This document shows, piece by piece, positions 16,936 through 27,070 of a stretch of DNA of 64,000 nucleotides. Under the pieces are notes generated by a model, which saw only the letters and a program-made list of their open reading frames with translations, did not search any database and had not been told where the DNA came from. The number at the start of each line of letters is the position of its first letter. The stretch's first letter is position 1. The DNA is from Vicinamibacterales bacterium (GTDB lineage: Bacteria; Acidobacteriota; Vicinamibacteria; Vicinamibacterales; UBA8438), in contig CBDBBK010000002.1 of NCBI GenBank assembly GCA_965202655.1, positions 1,170,528 through 1,234,527 of the forward strand, written 5' to 3'. Both the position numbers and the translations under genes were made by a program.

Positions 16936-18276
16936 CTACCGGCGGGCGGCGCCGGGGGCTTCCACCGGCGTGACCGGCGCCGCTCCCGCCGGCGCAACGG
17001 GAGGCGCCTCGGGGAATGGCAGCATGTAGTGGGTGCGCGATCGGACGTCGGCGTCGTCGCGCGCCACCTCCACGCGCAGGCGCCGGGTGCGCCGCGTCTC
17101 GTCGGGGTTCGTCGAATAGAAGCCGAGTACGTAGTAATCGCTCGTCTCCGCATCGATCTCGGTGAACGCTTCGCGGAACGTGTTGCGGTTCACGACGGCC
17201 ATGCCGCCGGTGAGCTCCGCCAGGGTCCGGAGCGACGAGTGCTGCTTGCGGATGTGCTCGTTCCATTCCGTGGTCCGCAGGTCGAAATCGAGATCCGGAA
17301 TGGTGGTGAGCCCACGGACGTCGATCGTGTAGAACGAGACGTTGGCGCGGTTCGCCGCGTCGATGAGCAGCAACAGCTCGGTGTGCAGCTCCGAGTCGCT
17401 GAACACCTCGCCGAACGCGTCGGTCGTCGTGAACTGGTCGAGGGCGGGTTCATCGAACTCGGGCAGCCGTGTGCCGCCGTTCTCGAAGAACCCGACCTGC
17501 TGCATGGACTCGATGCGCGCGTTGACGCGGCTGTCGTCGAACGGATTGAAGTTGTAGCCGGCGCTCACGTACAGAAACGCCTTGCGCCGGTGCTGGATCT
17601 GCTCGAGGCCGCGCACCGTCTCCATGGCCGTCTTGAACGCCACGTGCGCGCGCCAGCGGGTTTCGTTGAGCGACGAGAGCTGGGTGGCCTGCTCAATCAG
17701 TTGACGTGGATCGAACGCTTCACCCACGGCCCGGTCTATCGCCGACAGCCGGTTCCGGTCGGTCGTCATCTGCACGCGGATGGCCGACTTGCCGCTCGAA
17801 ATAATGCCGAACTCGTCCCCCTCGTGGATCAGCGCCTCCGGCAGCAGATCCATCACGCGGTGGATCAGCGGCGTGTCGGGCGGCCGGATGTGCAGGTCGT
17901 CGATGAAGATGACGAAGATCCGCCCCGGTGTCGCGGTGGCCGCCGGCGCGGCCCGCCCGGGCAGGATGATCCCCTCCTGCACCGGCGGGGGCGGCAGCAA
18001 CTGGTTGTAGACGCGCCCGCCGTGGACCAGCACGAGCGAGGCGATGTCCTGCGGCACGTCATCCTCGAAGATGGTGAAGTCGTCGCGCGTCAGGTCGGGG
18101 ATGAACACTCCGTCGCCGTCCCGCACGATGACGTCGGTCGTCACCAGCGTGACTCCGGAGCGGAAAACCGGCGGCTGCCGCTGCGCGTCGAGGACGATTC
18201 CGGCTGCCGCAATCACGGCCGCCAAGGTGGCGATCTTCAGCGTGGCCACACGCGTCAACATCGGCCGGAAGCGCAT
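16936..18276 (-). CDS. VWA domain-containing protein (acidobacterial VWFA-related family, TIGR03436-like)
   Basis: ATG 18276 gives signal peptide MRFRPMLTRVATLKIATLAAVIAAAGIV. Motifs FRSGVTLVTTDVIVRDGDG.FI.DLTRDDFTIFEDDVPQ, IFVIFIDDLH, VSFYTIDVRGL and DYYVLGFY are typical of this family. A TATACT box lies 7 nt upstream of the ATG. Confidence 0.8.
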   Translation of the reverse strand: MRFRPMLTRVATLKIATLAAVIAAAGIVLDAQRQPPVFRSGVTLVTTDVIVRDGDGVFIPDLTRDDFTIFEDDVPQDIASLVLVHGGRVYNQLLPPPPVQEGIILPGRAAPAATATPGRIFVIFIDDLHIRPPDTPLIHRVMDLLPEALIHEGDEFGIISSGKSAIRVQMTTDRNRLSAIDRAVGEAFDPRQLIEQATQLSSLNETRWRAHVAFKTAMETVRGLEQIQHRRKAFLYVSAGYNFNPFDDSRVNARIESMQQVGFFENGGTRLPEFDEPALDQFTTTDAFGEVFSDSELHTELLLLIDAANRANVSFYTIDVRGLTTIPDLDFDLRTTEWNEHIRKQHSSLRTLAELTGGMAVVNRNTFREAFTEIDAETSDYYVLGFYSTNPDETRRTRRLRVEVARDDADVRSRTHYMLPFPEAPPVAPAGAAPVTPVEAPGAARR

Positions 18277-18432
18277 TTTTCGCAGTATAGCGCACGCCCG
18301 CCGTCGGCCTTGCGCTTGCCGATTGCGTGTGGTAACAATGCCGGCAGGCTGCGGAGGGTACGGACACGTCCCCATGGGTTAGACGCAGCGCGCCGGGCGT
18401 TCGTTCCGTCCGGAGATCGCGAGGTGTAAAGC

Positions 18433-21400
18433 ATGTCGCGTACGTCGAGGCAACGGTTCCGGTTCGGCGTTCGATCCAGTGCCGCGCTCTGCGCGGTTCT
18501 TTTGTGTACGGTCGCCGGCGCGTCGGCCCAGCAGTTGGGCGGTGTCGCCGGTCAGGTGACCGACAATACGGGTGGCGTGCTGCCCGGCGTGACGGTGGAG
18601 ATAACCTCGGAAGCGCTTGGCGCGCCGCAGGTGGCGTTCACCGACGGCTCCGGGCTCTTCACCGTGGTGCAGCTCCCGCTCGGGACCTACACCGTCACGT
18701 TCACTCTCCCCGGCTTCTCCACCGTGGTCCGCGACGGGATCACGATCGGCGCCGGGTTCACCGCCACGGTGGACGCCCAGATGGCGGTCGGATCGGTGGA
18801 AGAGACGGTCACGGTAACCGGTGAGGCGCCGGTGGTCGACGTGCAGACCGTCCGCCAGCAGGCGGTGCTCGACACCGAGGAGCTGGACGTCCTGCCCGTC
18901 GGCAACTACGGCCTGCAGACGATCGCCCAGGTGACCCCGGGTTTCACGGAGGACCGGGCGGACGTCGGCGGCACGCGCGACACCTGGTCGGCGCAGGGGG
19001 CCTACCGCTTCTACCACGGCAAGCCGGGCACCCGCGCCTCGTTCAACGGCTTCCGGAACCAGTACTTCATCGGGACGGCATCCGGCTCCGGCTACATCAC
19101 GAACTCCGACACGATCGGGGAGATGCAGGTCGAGATCGCCGGCATGGGCGCCGAGAACGGTTCCGGCAGCACGACCATCAACGCCATCCCGCGTGAGGGC
19201 AGCAACGTCTTCACCGCGTCCCTCAACACGAAGTACTCCGGCGGCGGCATGCAGTCGGAGAACCTCACGCCGGAGCTTCGGGAGTTCGGCATCGAGCCGC
19301 CGAGGATGGAGAACATCTGGCGCGCGGCCGGGACCATCGGCGGCGCGATCAAGGAGGACCGGGCCTGGTACTACGTCTCCGTCGCGCGCTGGGGCCGCCG
19401 GATTCAGCCTCCCGGCGGCTTCTTCAACGCGCTGCAGGGGCACAACCAGTTCGGGATGGCGGGATCTCCGTATCCCGACCCCCGGATGGGCGGGCCCACC
19501 GAGATCGAGGACCCGTTCGGCCTCCGGGGCGGGCCCGGCGCCTCCGGCTTCTACAACACCCGGACCATCTTCCACGAGCTGGACATGAACCGTCCGGCTC
19601 ACGACTTCGACTGGAACCGGACCCACGCGGTGCGGTTCACCTTCCAGGCGACTGACCGGAACCGGTTCGCGAGCTTCCTCGACATCCAGAAGGACTGCCG
19701 CTGCACCACCGGCTATACCGGGCAGTACGCCATCGAGAACGAGAACGGATGGGACATGTGGCCCGCCGGCGTCGTCCAGGGCTCCTGGACGTCGCCCGTC
19801 ACCACGCGGCTCCTGCTCGAGGCGGGCGGCGGCTGGCAGACGGCGAACTGGGTGAACTTCCCCGCCACCGGCGTGGTCGACGGCCAGGACCGCCACATTA
19901 GGGATCTCGCTACCGGCTACCGCTGGGGCGCGCCGATCCTGAACATCGCCCCGCGCGCGCGGACGGGGCGGAGCATGGAGTACTTCCGGCTGTCGTACGT
20001 TACCGGTTCGCACAACTTCCGCGTCGGCCTGACGGTGGAGCAGGCGTTCAACGACGAGGAGCGGACCACCGCGCATCAGGACACGCTGGCGTGGGCGCTG
20101 CTGGCCGGCAATCCGCTGGCTCTCATCTATTACGTGCAGCCGTACTTTCAGCAGGAGCGGATGAACACCGAGCTGGGCCTCTACGTACAGGACTCGTGGA
20201 CGCTCGGTAACCTGACGCTGACCGGTGGTATCCGGACCGACTACGTCTCGATGGGCTTCCCGGCCGCCCAGTTGGCGGGCGGACCCTCCGTCGGGGCGAG
20301 ATCGGTGTCGGAACTGCAGGGCGTGCCGGACTGGACGGACGTCAATCCGCGCGGCGGCGTCAGCTACGACCTGACGGGTGATGGCCGGACCGCGATAAAG
20401 GTGTCGATGGGACGCTTCAACGAGTTGACGCGGAGCCGCCTGACCCGCGAGTTCCACCCGTTCAGTTCGTCCGTTGCGACGGCGAACCGGTTCTGGCTCG
20501 ATGTCAACCAGAACTGGATCGTGGATTGCGACACCGGGAACTTCGCGCCGAACGGTGAGTGCGGCGCCATCAGCAACGCCAACTACGGCCAGTTCCCGGA
20601 CTTGGAGCCGGAGGACTACGTCTTCGGCAACCTTCCCGGTTGCACGGAAGCGAACCCGGAAACGTGTCCCGCCACGATGTTCGACCCGGACGTCCTGTAC
20701 GACAACCGGCCCTACACCTGGGACTTCCTGGCCGAGATTCAGCGCGAGCTGGTGACCGGGCTGTCGGTCAGCGCCGGCTACAACCGGAACTGGTCGGGCG
20801 GCTTCTGGGTGTCGGACAACCTGCTGACCAGCCCGTCGGACTACGACGAGTACTGCATCGCTGCTCCGGGGGGCGGGCGCCTGTTCGACGTGGTGGGCGA
20901 TCTCTCGCCGGGCCAGCCGCTCTGCGGCTACTACGACGTCCGGCCCGGGCTGTTCGGCCAGAGCAAGCGGCTCGTGACGATCGCCGACAAGTACGGGAGC
21001 CAGACGCGCGAGTGGAACGGGTTCGTCTTCAACGTGGACGGCCGTCTCCCGAACGGCATCCGCGTGACCGGCGGCCTCGACCTCGGGACGCAGACGGTCG
21101 GCAACTGCTTCACCGTGGACGAGCCGAACCAGCCGCGCGACCTGTTCAACAACCTGCCGCCGGGCGGCCCGAACTGCCGCCACACGCACAGTTGGGGCAA
21201 CCTCGCGGACTTCCGCATGCATGGCGACATTCCATTGCCAGCGGACTTCACGCTGAGCTGGATCTACAAGAACACGCCGGGTACCCCGATCAACGCCGTC
21301 GGCGACTTCACCAATGCCGACATCCACTGCTGGGCGGACGGTAACGGCAACTGCGATCCGATGAGCACGCGGACGGGCTTCTCCGGGAGTCCCAGCCGGA

Positions 21401-21639
21401 CGCTCGCGATCACCGCGCCGAACCAGTACTTCACGAAGCGGTTCACGCAGCTCGACGTCCGGTTCCTCCGGACGTTCAGCCTGGGCGACATGCGGCTCGA
21501 TACCAGCATCGACCTCTACAACGCCCTGAACTCCAACTCGGTCCAGTCGATCGAGAGCACCATCGGCACCGCGTTCGGCCGGCCGATCACGGTGCTCGAC
21601 GCCCGCGTGCTGCAGGTGTACGCGAACCTGCGGTTCTAG
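18433..21639 (+). CDS. TonB-dependent receptor-like outer-membrane protein with N-terminal carboxypeptidase-regulatory-like domain
   Basis: GAGGTG lies 6 nt upstream of the ATG. Signal peptide. GQVTDNTGGVLPGVTVEITSEALG...TDGSGLFTVVQLPLGTYTVTFTLPGF (CarboxypepD_reg). Plug-like segment ETVTVTGEAPVVDV. A beta-barrel of about 900 aa ending VYANLRF. Confidence 0.8.
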   Translation: MSRTSRQRFRFGVRSSAALCAVLLCTVAGASAQQLGGVAGQVTDNTGGVLPGVTVEITSEALGAPQVAFTDGSGLFTVVQLPLGTYTVTFTLPGFSTVVRDGITIGAGFTATVDAQMAVGSVEETVTVTGEAPVVDVQTVRQQAVLDTEELDVLPVGNYGLQTIAQVTPGFTEDRADVGGTRDTWSAQGAYRFYHGKPGTRASFNGFRNQYFIGTASGSGYITNSDTIGEMQVEIAGMGAENGSGSTTINAIPREGSNVFTASLNTKYSGGGMQSENLTPELREFGIEPPRMENIWRAAGTIGGAIKEDRAWYYVSVARWGRRIQPPGGFFNALQGHNQFGMAGSPYPDPRMGGPTEIEDPFGLRGGPGASGFYNTRTIFHELDMNRPAHDFDWNRTHAVRFTFQATDRNRFASFLDIQKDCRCTTGYTGQYAIENENGWDMWPAGVVQGSWTSPVTTRLLLEAGGGWQTANWVNFPATGVVDGQDRHIRDLATGYRWGAPILNIAPRARTGRSMEYFRLSYVTGSHNFRVGLTVEQAFNDEERTTAHQDTLAWALLAGNPLALIYYVQPYFQQERMNTELGLYVQDSWTLGNLTLTGGIRTDYVSMGFPAAQLAGGPSVGARSVSELQGVPDWTDVNPRGGVSYDLTGDGRTAIKVSMGRFNELTRSRLTREFHPFSSSVATANRFWLDVNQNWIVDCDTGNFAPNGECGAISNANYGQFPDLEPEDYVFGNLPGCTEANPETCPATMFDPDVLYDNRPYTWDFLAEIQRELVTGLSVSAGYNRNWSGGFWVSDNLLTSPSDYDEYCIAAPGGGRLFDVVGDLSPGQPLCGYYDVRPGLFGQSKRLVTIADKYGSQTREWNGFVFNVDGRLPNGIRVTGGLDLGTQTVGNCFTVDEPNQPRDLFNNLPPGGPNCRHTHSWGNLADFRMHGDIPLPADFTLSWIYKNTPGTPINAVGDFTNADIHCWADGNGNCDPMSTRTGFSGSPSRTLAITAPNQYFTKRFTQLDVRFLRTFSLGDMRLDTSIDLYNALNSNSVQSIESTIGTAFGRPITVLDARVLQVYANLRF

Positions 21640-21660
21640 GGTGGGCATGACGTCAGGAGA

Positions 21661-22056
21661 GTGAACACGATGACTGTGAAGACGAACTGGATGCGGGTTA
21701 CAGCGTTCGCCCTGGCCATGCTGATCGCGTACACACCGGCGGCGTTCGCCGGACCGTTGCGGGATTCCGCCGCGCGGGTCGCGGCCGAGGTGACCGCCCG
21801 GACGGTAGCGGCCCCGGATGGCGAGGCGGCGATTGCCGGGTCGTTTGCCCGGCCGGCAGCCGAAGCCCGGGCGTCGGCGGCGACGCAGGGTGACGAGGGC
21901 GGCAGTGGCCGGATGCGGCCGCGCAACGTCTGGGCCCTCATCGGCGCCGGAGCCGCTCTCGGCCTGATCATGATGAAGATCGACCGGACGGTGGAGGATT
22001 CCACCCCGTCGACCCGCCGCGAGCGGCGGGACGGCTGCACGTTGTTCTGTTCGTGA
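21661..22056 (+). CDS. Small secreted/membrane protein, unknown function
   Basis: GTG 21661 preceded by AGGAGA. Signal peptide MRVTAFALAMLIAYTPAAFAG, an Ala-rich middle, a second hydrophobic segment, and a Cys-containing tail CTLFCS. GTGA overlap with the next gene. Confidence 0.5.
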   Translation: MNTMTVKTNWMRVTAFALAMLIAYTPAAFAGPLRDSAARVAAEVTARTVAAPDGEAAIAGSFARPAAEARASAATQGDEGGSGRMRPRNVWALIGAGAALGLIMMKIDRTVEDSTPSTRRERRDGCTLFCS

Positions 22057-23840
22057 TAGCCCGCGGGCTGCTGGGACCCATCCTTGCGGCTGGCCTGGGG
22101 CTCGCCTGTCAGGCGGGGTCAGACCCGCCCACTGACGGCGCCCGACCATCGGGTGCTGGCGACCGCCCACCGGCGGACGTCGCTGGCGGCTGGTTCATCG
22201 ACCGTGCGGCCGAGGTCGGGCTCGATTTCGTCCACGTGAACGGGGCGTCCGGCCGTTTCTACTACCCGGAGATTCTGCCCCCGGGCGTGGCGTTCCTCGA
22301 CTACGACGCCGATGGGGATCTCGACGCCTACCTCGTCCAGAGCGGTGCGCTCGAACCGGCCGCGGGGACGGGCGGGACGCCCGTGGCGGGCCGGCCGGCG
22401 GCCGGCGGGCGCCTCTTCCGCAACGATCTCGCCGCCGAACCGGGCGGAGAGCCGCTGCTCCGTTTCACGGACGTGACGGGAGCGAGCGGCATAGACGCGG
22501 ATGGCTACGGCCTGGGTGTGGCGGCCGGGGACGTAGACAACGACGGCCTGGTCGATCTCTACCTGACGAACTTCGGCCCCCCGCAGTTGTACCGCAACAA
22601 CGGCGACGGGACGTTCGCCGACGTCACGGCGGAGAGCGGCCTGTCGGGCGCGGCCGGGTTCGGCGTTTCTGCCGCGTTCGTCGACTACGACCACGACGGC
22701 TGGCTCGATCTGTACGTCGGTCACAACGTGGACTACGCTCTCGACGACGCGGCCGAGTGTCCCAACCAGGCCGGGGTCCGCGACTACTGCCCGCCGGAGG
22801 TGTACGGCGGGATGCCGGATCACCTGTATCGCAACCGGGGCGAGGGCCGGTTCGAGGACGTAAGCGACACGGCGCTTGTCGGCGGGCGTTTCGGCCCCGC
22901 GCTCGGCGTGGTCGCGGCCGACTTCGACGGCGACGCCTGGACCGACATCTACGTCGCCAACGACGGCACGGAGAACATCCTCTGGATCAACCAGGGCGAT
23001 GGCACGTTCCGCGATACGGCGCTCGCATCCGGCGCCGCGCTCAGCGCCCTCGGCGTCCCCGAGGCGAGCATGGGGGTCGACGCCGGGGACTTCGACAACG
23101 ACGGCGACGACGACCTCTTCATGACCCATCTGATGCGGGAGGGGAACAATCTGTACGTCAATGACGGTACGGGTCTCTTCGCGGACCGCAGCGCGCGCGC
23201 CGGCCTCGGCGCCTCGAGCCTCGCCTACACGGGTTGGGGCACCTCGTGGTTCGACTACGACAACGACGGTTGGCTGGACCTGCTGGCGGTGAACGGCACC
23301 GTGGTGATGGTGGAAGGACGCGAGGGTGAGCGCTTCCCCTACGATCAGCGGATGAGGCTCTTCCGCAACCTTGCGGACGGTCGCTTCGAGGACGTGAGCG
23401 AGCGGGCCGGCGATGTCTTCGCGCTCTCCGCGGTGGGGCGGGGGGCCGCGTTCGGCGACGTCGACAACGACGGGGACATCGACGTCCTGGTGGGCAACGA
23501 CGATGGTCCGGCCCGGCTGCTCGTCAACGAGGCAGGCAATGCGAACCACTGGCTGGGCCTCCGACTCACCGGCGCCGGCGGGCGCGATATGCTGGGCGCG
23601 CGGGTCGAGGTCGAGCGTCCCGGCGTTCCCTCGCTGTGGCGGCGCGCGCGGTCCGACGGCAGCTACGCGTCGGCGAACGATCCGCGCGTGCTGATCGGAC
23701 TGGGCGAGTCGGAGTCGGCGCCCCACGTGACGGTGTACTGGCCGGACGGCAGCTCGGAGCGGTGGGAGGCGCTGCCGATCGACCGGTGGCAGACGCTGGA
23801 GCAGGGGACCGGCCAGCCGCTGGCCGGCGGAACACCATGA
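22053..23840 (+). CDS. CRTAC1-family protein (FG-GAP/VCBS repeats plus ASPIC/UnbV C-terminal domain), lipoprotein
   Basis: Lipobox-like LGLAC. Repeated Ca-binding-like DxDxDG motifs (DYDADGDLD, DVDNDGLVDLY, DYDHDGWLDLY, DFDNDGDDDLF, DVDNDGDIDVLV). C-terminal NHWLGLRLTG...GARVEV...SYASANDPRVLIGLG...VTVYWPDG. Confidence 0.85.
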   Translation: MIARGLLGPILAAGLGLACQAGSDPPTDGARPSGAGDRPPADVAGGWFIDRAAEVGLDFVHVNGASGRFYYPEILPPGVAFLDYDADGDLDAYLVQSGALEPAAGTGGTPVAGRPAAGGRLFRNDLAAEPGGEPLLRFTDVTGASGIDADGYGLGVAAGDVDNDGLVDLYLTNFGPPQLYRNNGDGTFADVTAESGLSGAAGFGVSAAFVDYDHDGWLDLYVGHNVDYALDDAAECPNQAGVRDYCPPEVYGGMPDHLYRNRGEGRFEDVSDTALVGGRFGPALGVVAADFDGDAWTDIYVANDGTENILWINQGDGTFRDTALASGAALSALGVPEASMGVDAGDFDNDGDDDLFMTHLMREGNNLYVNDGTGLFADRSARAGLGASSLAYTGWGTSWFDYDNDGWLDLLAVNGTVVMVEGREGERFPYDQRMRLFRNLADGRFEDVSERAGDVFALSAVGRGAAFGDVDNDGDIDVLVGNDDGPARLLVNEAGNANHWLGLRLTGAGGRDMLGARVEVERPGVPSLWRRARSDGSYASANDPRVLIGLGESESAPHVTVYWPDGSSERWEALPIDRWQTLEQGTGQPLAGGTP

Positions 23841-25477
23841 GTCTCGCGAGATGGGGTCGCGGCGTGGCGGCGGGATTGCTTGTCCTGCCGGTGGGTCTGG
23901 CGGCGGCCTGCGGCGGTTCCGGTCCGCCGGCGGCCGGCGGCGGCGCCTCGGGCGGCGGTTCGGCGATGGACCAGCCGCTGGAGACGGTCGTCCTTCCCGA
24001 TCTCGCCGAGGTCAGCGACTCGGTCCGCGAGCAGATCGAGGCGCGCTGGCGACCGGTCGAACGCCTACGGACCGGCGAGGCCGTCCCCGATCGGGACGCG
24101 GCCACGCTCTACGGCGCGCTGGGCATGGTACTGATGGCGGCGGAGTTCCCCAATGCGGCGGTTCCGGCGTTCCGCAACGCGCGGGTGCTGGCTCCGGACG
24201 ACGTTCGCTGGCCCTACTACCTGGCCCATCTGCAGCGCGATGCCGGCATGCTGGATGACGCCGCCGACCGCTTCGAGGAGGCGCGGCGACTCGATCCCGA
24301 CGATATGGCGATTCTCGTCTGGCTCGGTGACGTCCGGCTTGCGCAGGGTGATGCGGAGGCCGCCGGGCCGCTGTTCGCTCGGGCCCTGGAGCTTTACCCC
24401 GATTCCCTGTCGGCGCGTTTCGGGCTGGCGCGCACCGCGCTGATGCTCGAGGAGTTCGAGGTGGCGGCCGGCGGGCTGGAGGAAATTCTGGAGCTGGAGC
24501 CCTCCGCGACGGCGGCCCACTATCCGCTGGGGCAGGCCTACGTCCGGCTCGGCGACACGGATCGCGCTGAAATGCACCTGCGGCAGCGCGAGGCGGCCGA
24601 CATCCGACCCGCGGACCCGCTGATGGACGCCCTCGACGATCTGTTAGAGAGTGCGCAGGCCTACGAGACGCGAGGCATCGAGGCGCTCAACCGGGAAGAC
24701 TGGGACGGTGCCGTAACGGCGTTCCGGCGCGGCCTGGAGCTGGACGCGGCCGACGCCGAGCTGCGCCACCGGCTCGCGACGGCCCTGTACCTGCGCGGCG
24801 ACACGGATGCCGCCCGGATCGAGTTCGAGCGCGCCGCGACGGAAGGGCCGAACCTCGCGCAGGCGGACTACAGCCTGGGCGTGCTGCTGCAGGACGAGGG
24901 CCGGCATGCCGAGGCGGCCGGACGGTTCGCGGCGGCGCTGGAACAGCGCCCGACCTACGCCGAGGCGCGTTTGCGGCTGGCCTACAACCTGCGCCGGTCC
25001 GGCGATCCGGAACAGGCGCTGATCCACTACGAGCAGGTCTCCCGAGCGAATCCCGACCTGGCCGAGGCCGCCTTCGGGCAGGCGATGGCGCTGGTGGTCC
25101 TGCGTCGGTGGGGGGATGCGCGCGCCCGCCTGGAGCGGGCGCTGGAGTCCCATCCTGACGACATGGGCATCGTGCATGCCCGCGCCCGCCTGCTGGCCGC
25201 CGCGCCCGACGAGCAGGTGCGCGACGGCGAACAGGCCCTGGCCATCGTCGACCGTCTCGCGGCGCAGGCGCGGACCCTGGACCTGGGCGAGACGATGGCG
25301 ATGGCCCTGGCCGAGGTGGGCGCGTTCGACCGCGCGGCGGCGCTCCAGCGCGATCTCATCACCGGCGCGAGACGCACCGGGTTGACGGACGTGATCCGCC
25401 GGCTGGAGGACAACCTCCGCCGCTACGAGCGCGGCGAGGCGTGCCGCGCGCCGTGGCCCGAAGGGGCGGTTCCATGA
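23837..25477 (+). CDS. TPR-repeat lipoprotein
   Basis: ATG 23837 overlaps the upstream stop (ATGA). Lipobox VGLAAAC. About 10 degenerate 34-aa TPR units (for example AAVPAFRNARVLAPDD, ARALELYPDS, FRRGLELDAADAE, FAAALEQRPTYAEA). Confidence 0.8.
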   Translation: MSLARWGRGVAAGLLVLPVGLAAACGGSGPPAAGGGASGGGSAMDQPLETVVLPDLAEVSDSVREQIEARWRPVERLRTGEAVPDRDAATLYGALGMVLMAAEFPNAAVPAFRNARVLAPDDVRWPYYLAHLQRDAGMLDDAADRFEEARRLDPDDMAILVWLGDVRLAQGDAEAAGPLFARALELYPDSLSARFGLARTALMLEEFEVAAGGLEEILELEPSATAAHYPLGQAYVRLGDTDRAEMHLRQREAADIRPADPLMDALDDLLESAQAYETRGIEALNREDWDGAVTAFRRGLELDAADAELRHRLATALYLRGDTDAARIEFERAATEGPNLAQADYSLGVLLQDEGRHAEAAGRFAAALEQRPTYAEARLRLAYNLRRSGDPEQALIHYEQVSRANPDLAEAAFGQAMALVVLRRWGDARARLERALESHPDDMGIVHARARLLAAAPDEQVRDGEQALAIVDRLAAQARTLDLGETMAMALAEVGAFDRAAALQRDLITGARRTGLTDVIRRLEDNLRRYERGEACRAPWPEGAVP

Positions 25478-25602
25478 CGGTGGAGATGAACGCGAGAGCT
25501 CGTGCGACCGTCCGATCCTCTGTGGGCGGGCAAGCTATCATTACGCGTACGTTCGCGGAGTGGCAGGCGCTTCCACGCGAAGCGCGGGGGGGAGTCTGAC
25601 GG

Positions 25603-27057
25603 ATGCGAAAGCTGCTGATTCTCGGGGGGGTTGTCGCGGCGGGTTTCCTTCCGGCCGCGGCAACGGAAGCCGCGCAGGGTCCGGCCGAGACCGCCGTGAC
25701 CTACGCGGAGGATGTCGCACCGATTCTGCGGCGCAGTTGCGAGAACTGCCACCGCCCCGAGTCGGTCGCGCCGATGGCGCTGCAGACCTATGAGCAGGTG
25801 CGCCCCTGGGCGCGGGCGATCAGGCAGCGGATCACCATGGGGCCGCGCGCCGGCGTCATGCCGCCGTGGTACGTGGAGCGAAACATCGGCATCCAGAACT
25901 ACAAGAACGATCCGTCGCTGAGCGAGGACGAGATCGCCACGGTGGTCGAGTGGGTCGACGCGGGCGCGCCCGCCGGCGACCTGTCGCAGCTTCCGCCGCC
26001 GCGGGACTTCAGTGCCGGCGGCTGGTCGATCGGCGAGCCCGACCTGATCGTGAAGCTCCCGGAGGTGACGGTGGCGAGCGACGCGCCGGACTGGTGGGGC
26101 GAGATAGAGTCGACGCCGGTCGGCCTGGACGAGGATCGCTACGTGGCCGCGCTCGAGTTCCGTGAGGTCAACGACTACGACTTCTCCGAGGCGCGCGACA
26201 CCGTGGGCGGACGCTACGTCTTCCATCACATGATCTGGAGCACCCAGGTCCTCGGCGAGGACGGAGAACAGGACACGGAGCGCCGCCGCGAGACGACGAC
26301 CGGCTGGCCGGTGCATGAAGTGGGCCGCAACGCCGACATCTTCGACCCGAAGGCGGGCCGCCTGCTGGCCGCCAACTCCAGCGTCGTCTCGAACTCCGTG
26401 CACCTGCACTCGAACGGCCGCGACACGACATCCCATCTGGAGATCGCCTTCAAGTTCCACCCGCGCGGCTACGAGCCGACGCTGAAGCCCGCCGGACGCG
26501 ATCTGGGCAACGGCCTCGACATCGACATCCGCGGGATGCAGGCGGGGCAGGAGCTGCACGCCTATACCGTCCTGGAGGAGCACCAGAAGATCACCACCTT
26601 CGAGCCGCACCTGCATGCGCCGGGCGAGCGGATGTGCCTGGAGGCGATCTGGGGCAACTTCATCGAGACACTCAGTTGCGTCGGCTACGACCACAACTGG
26701 GTCCGCACCTACGAGTATGCCGACGACCACGCGCCGCTGCTCCCGAAGGGGACCATCCTGCACATCACCGGCTACATGAACAACTCGCCGACGAACCGCA
26801 ACGTGCCGGATCCCCGGAACTGGCAGGGATCGGGCAACCGGTCGGTGACCAACATGTTCATCGACCTCGGGCTCGGCGTGGAGCTGTCGGACGAGCAGTT
26901 CCTCGAAGCGATGGCCGAACGGCGGCGGGCGCACGACTGGCGGGTGGGCGATCACATCATCGGCTGCCCGCTGTGCGGCTATGACGGTCTGGAGATCCCG
27001 GGCGCGGAGGATGAGGACGCAGAGGCGGAGACCGCCAGCGCCTCGGACGGGCAGTAG
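25603..27057 (+). CDS. Secreted CxxCH heme-c domain protein with a His/Met pattern resembling type-2 copper monooxygenases (PHM/DBH-like); function unknown
   Basis: GGGGGAG upstream of the ATG. Signal peptide. VAPILRRSCENCHRPESVAPMAL..Y..V..WA..I......R.MPPW, with CxxCH at 25738-25752. Downstream motifs FHHMIW (26221-26238), VHLHSNG (26398-26418), EPHLHAPGERMC (26602-26637) and GYMNN. The copper-monooxygenase assignment is recollection of the family pattern, not a search result. Confidence 0.55.
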   Translation: MRKLLILGGVVAAGFLPAAATEAAQGPAETAVTYAEDVAPILRRSCENCHRPESVAPMALQTYEQVRPWARAIRQRITMGPRAGVMPPWYVERNIGIQNYKNDPSLSEDEIATVVEWVDAGAPAGDLSQLPPPRDFSAGGWSIGEPDLIVKLPEVTVASDAPDWWGEIESTPVGLDEDRYVAALEFREVNDYDFSEARDTVGGRYVFHHMIWSTQVLGEDGEQDTERRRETTTGWPVHEVGRNADIFDPKAGRLLAANSSVVSNSVHLHSNGRDTTSHLEIAFKFHPRGYEPTLKPAGRDLGNGLDIDIRGMQAGQELHAYTVLEEHQKITTFEPHLHAPGERMCLEAIWGNFIETLSCVGYDHNWVRTYEYADDHAPLLPKGTILHITGYMNNSPTNRNVPDPRNWQGSGNRSVTNMFIDLGLGVELSDEQFLEAMAERRRAHDWRVGDHIIGCPLCGYDGLEIPGAEDEDAEAETASASDGQ

Positions 27058-27070
27058 GAGGCTCCCGGGA

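Noticed and set aside
18379-22170. 1263-aa minus-strand ORF antisense to the TonB-dependent receptor gene
   Set aside because: Same reasoning: an Arg/Gly/Pro/Val-rich translation without domains. The plus-strand product has a signal peptide, a CarboxypepD_reg domain and a barrel ending in Phe. Similar antisense shadows were discarded at 6005..7711, 15298..16794, 22119..23726, 25423..26955, 27937..29031, 49338..51323, 52368..54242, 56645..58039, 57894..59726 and 59554..61446.
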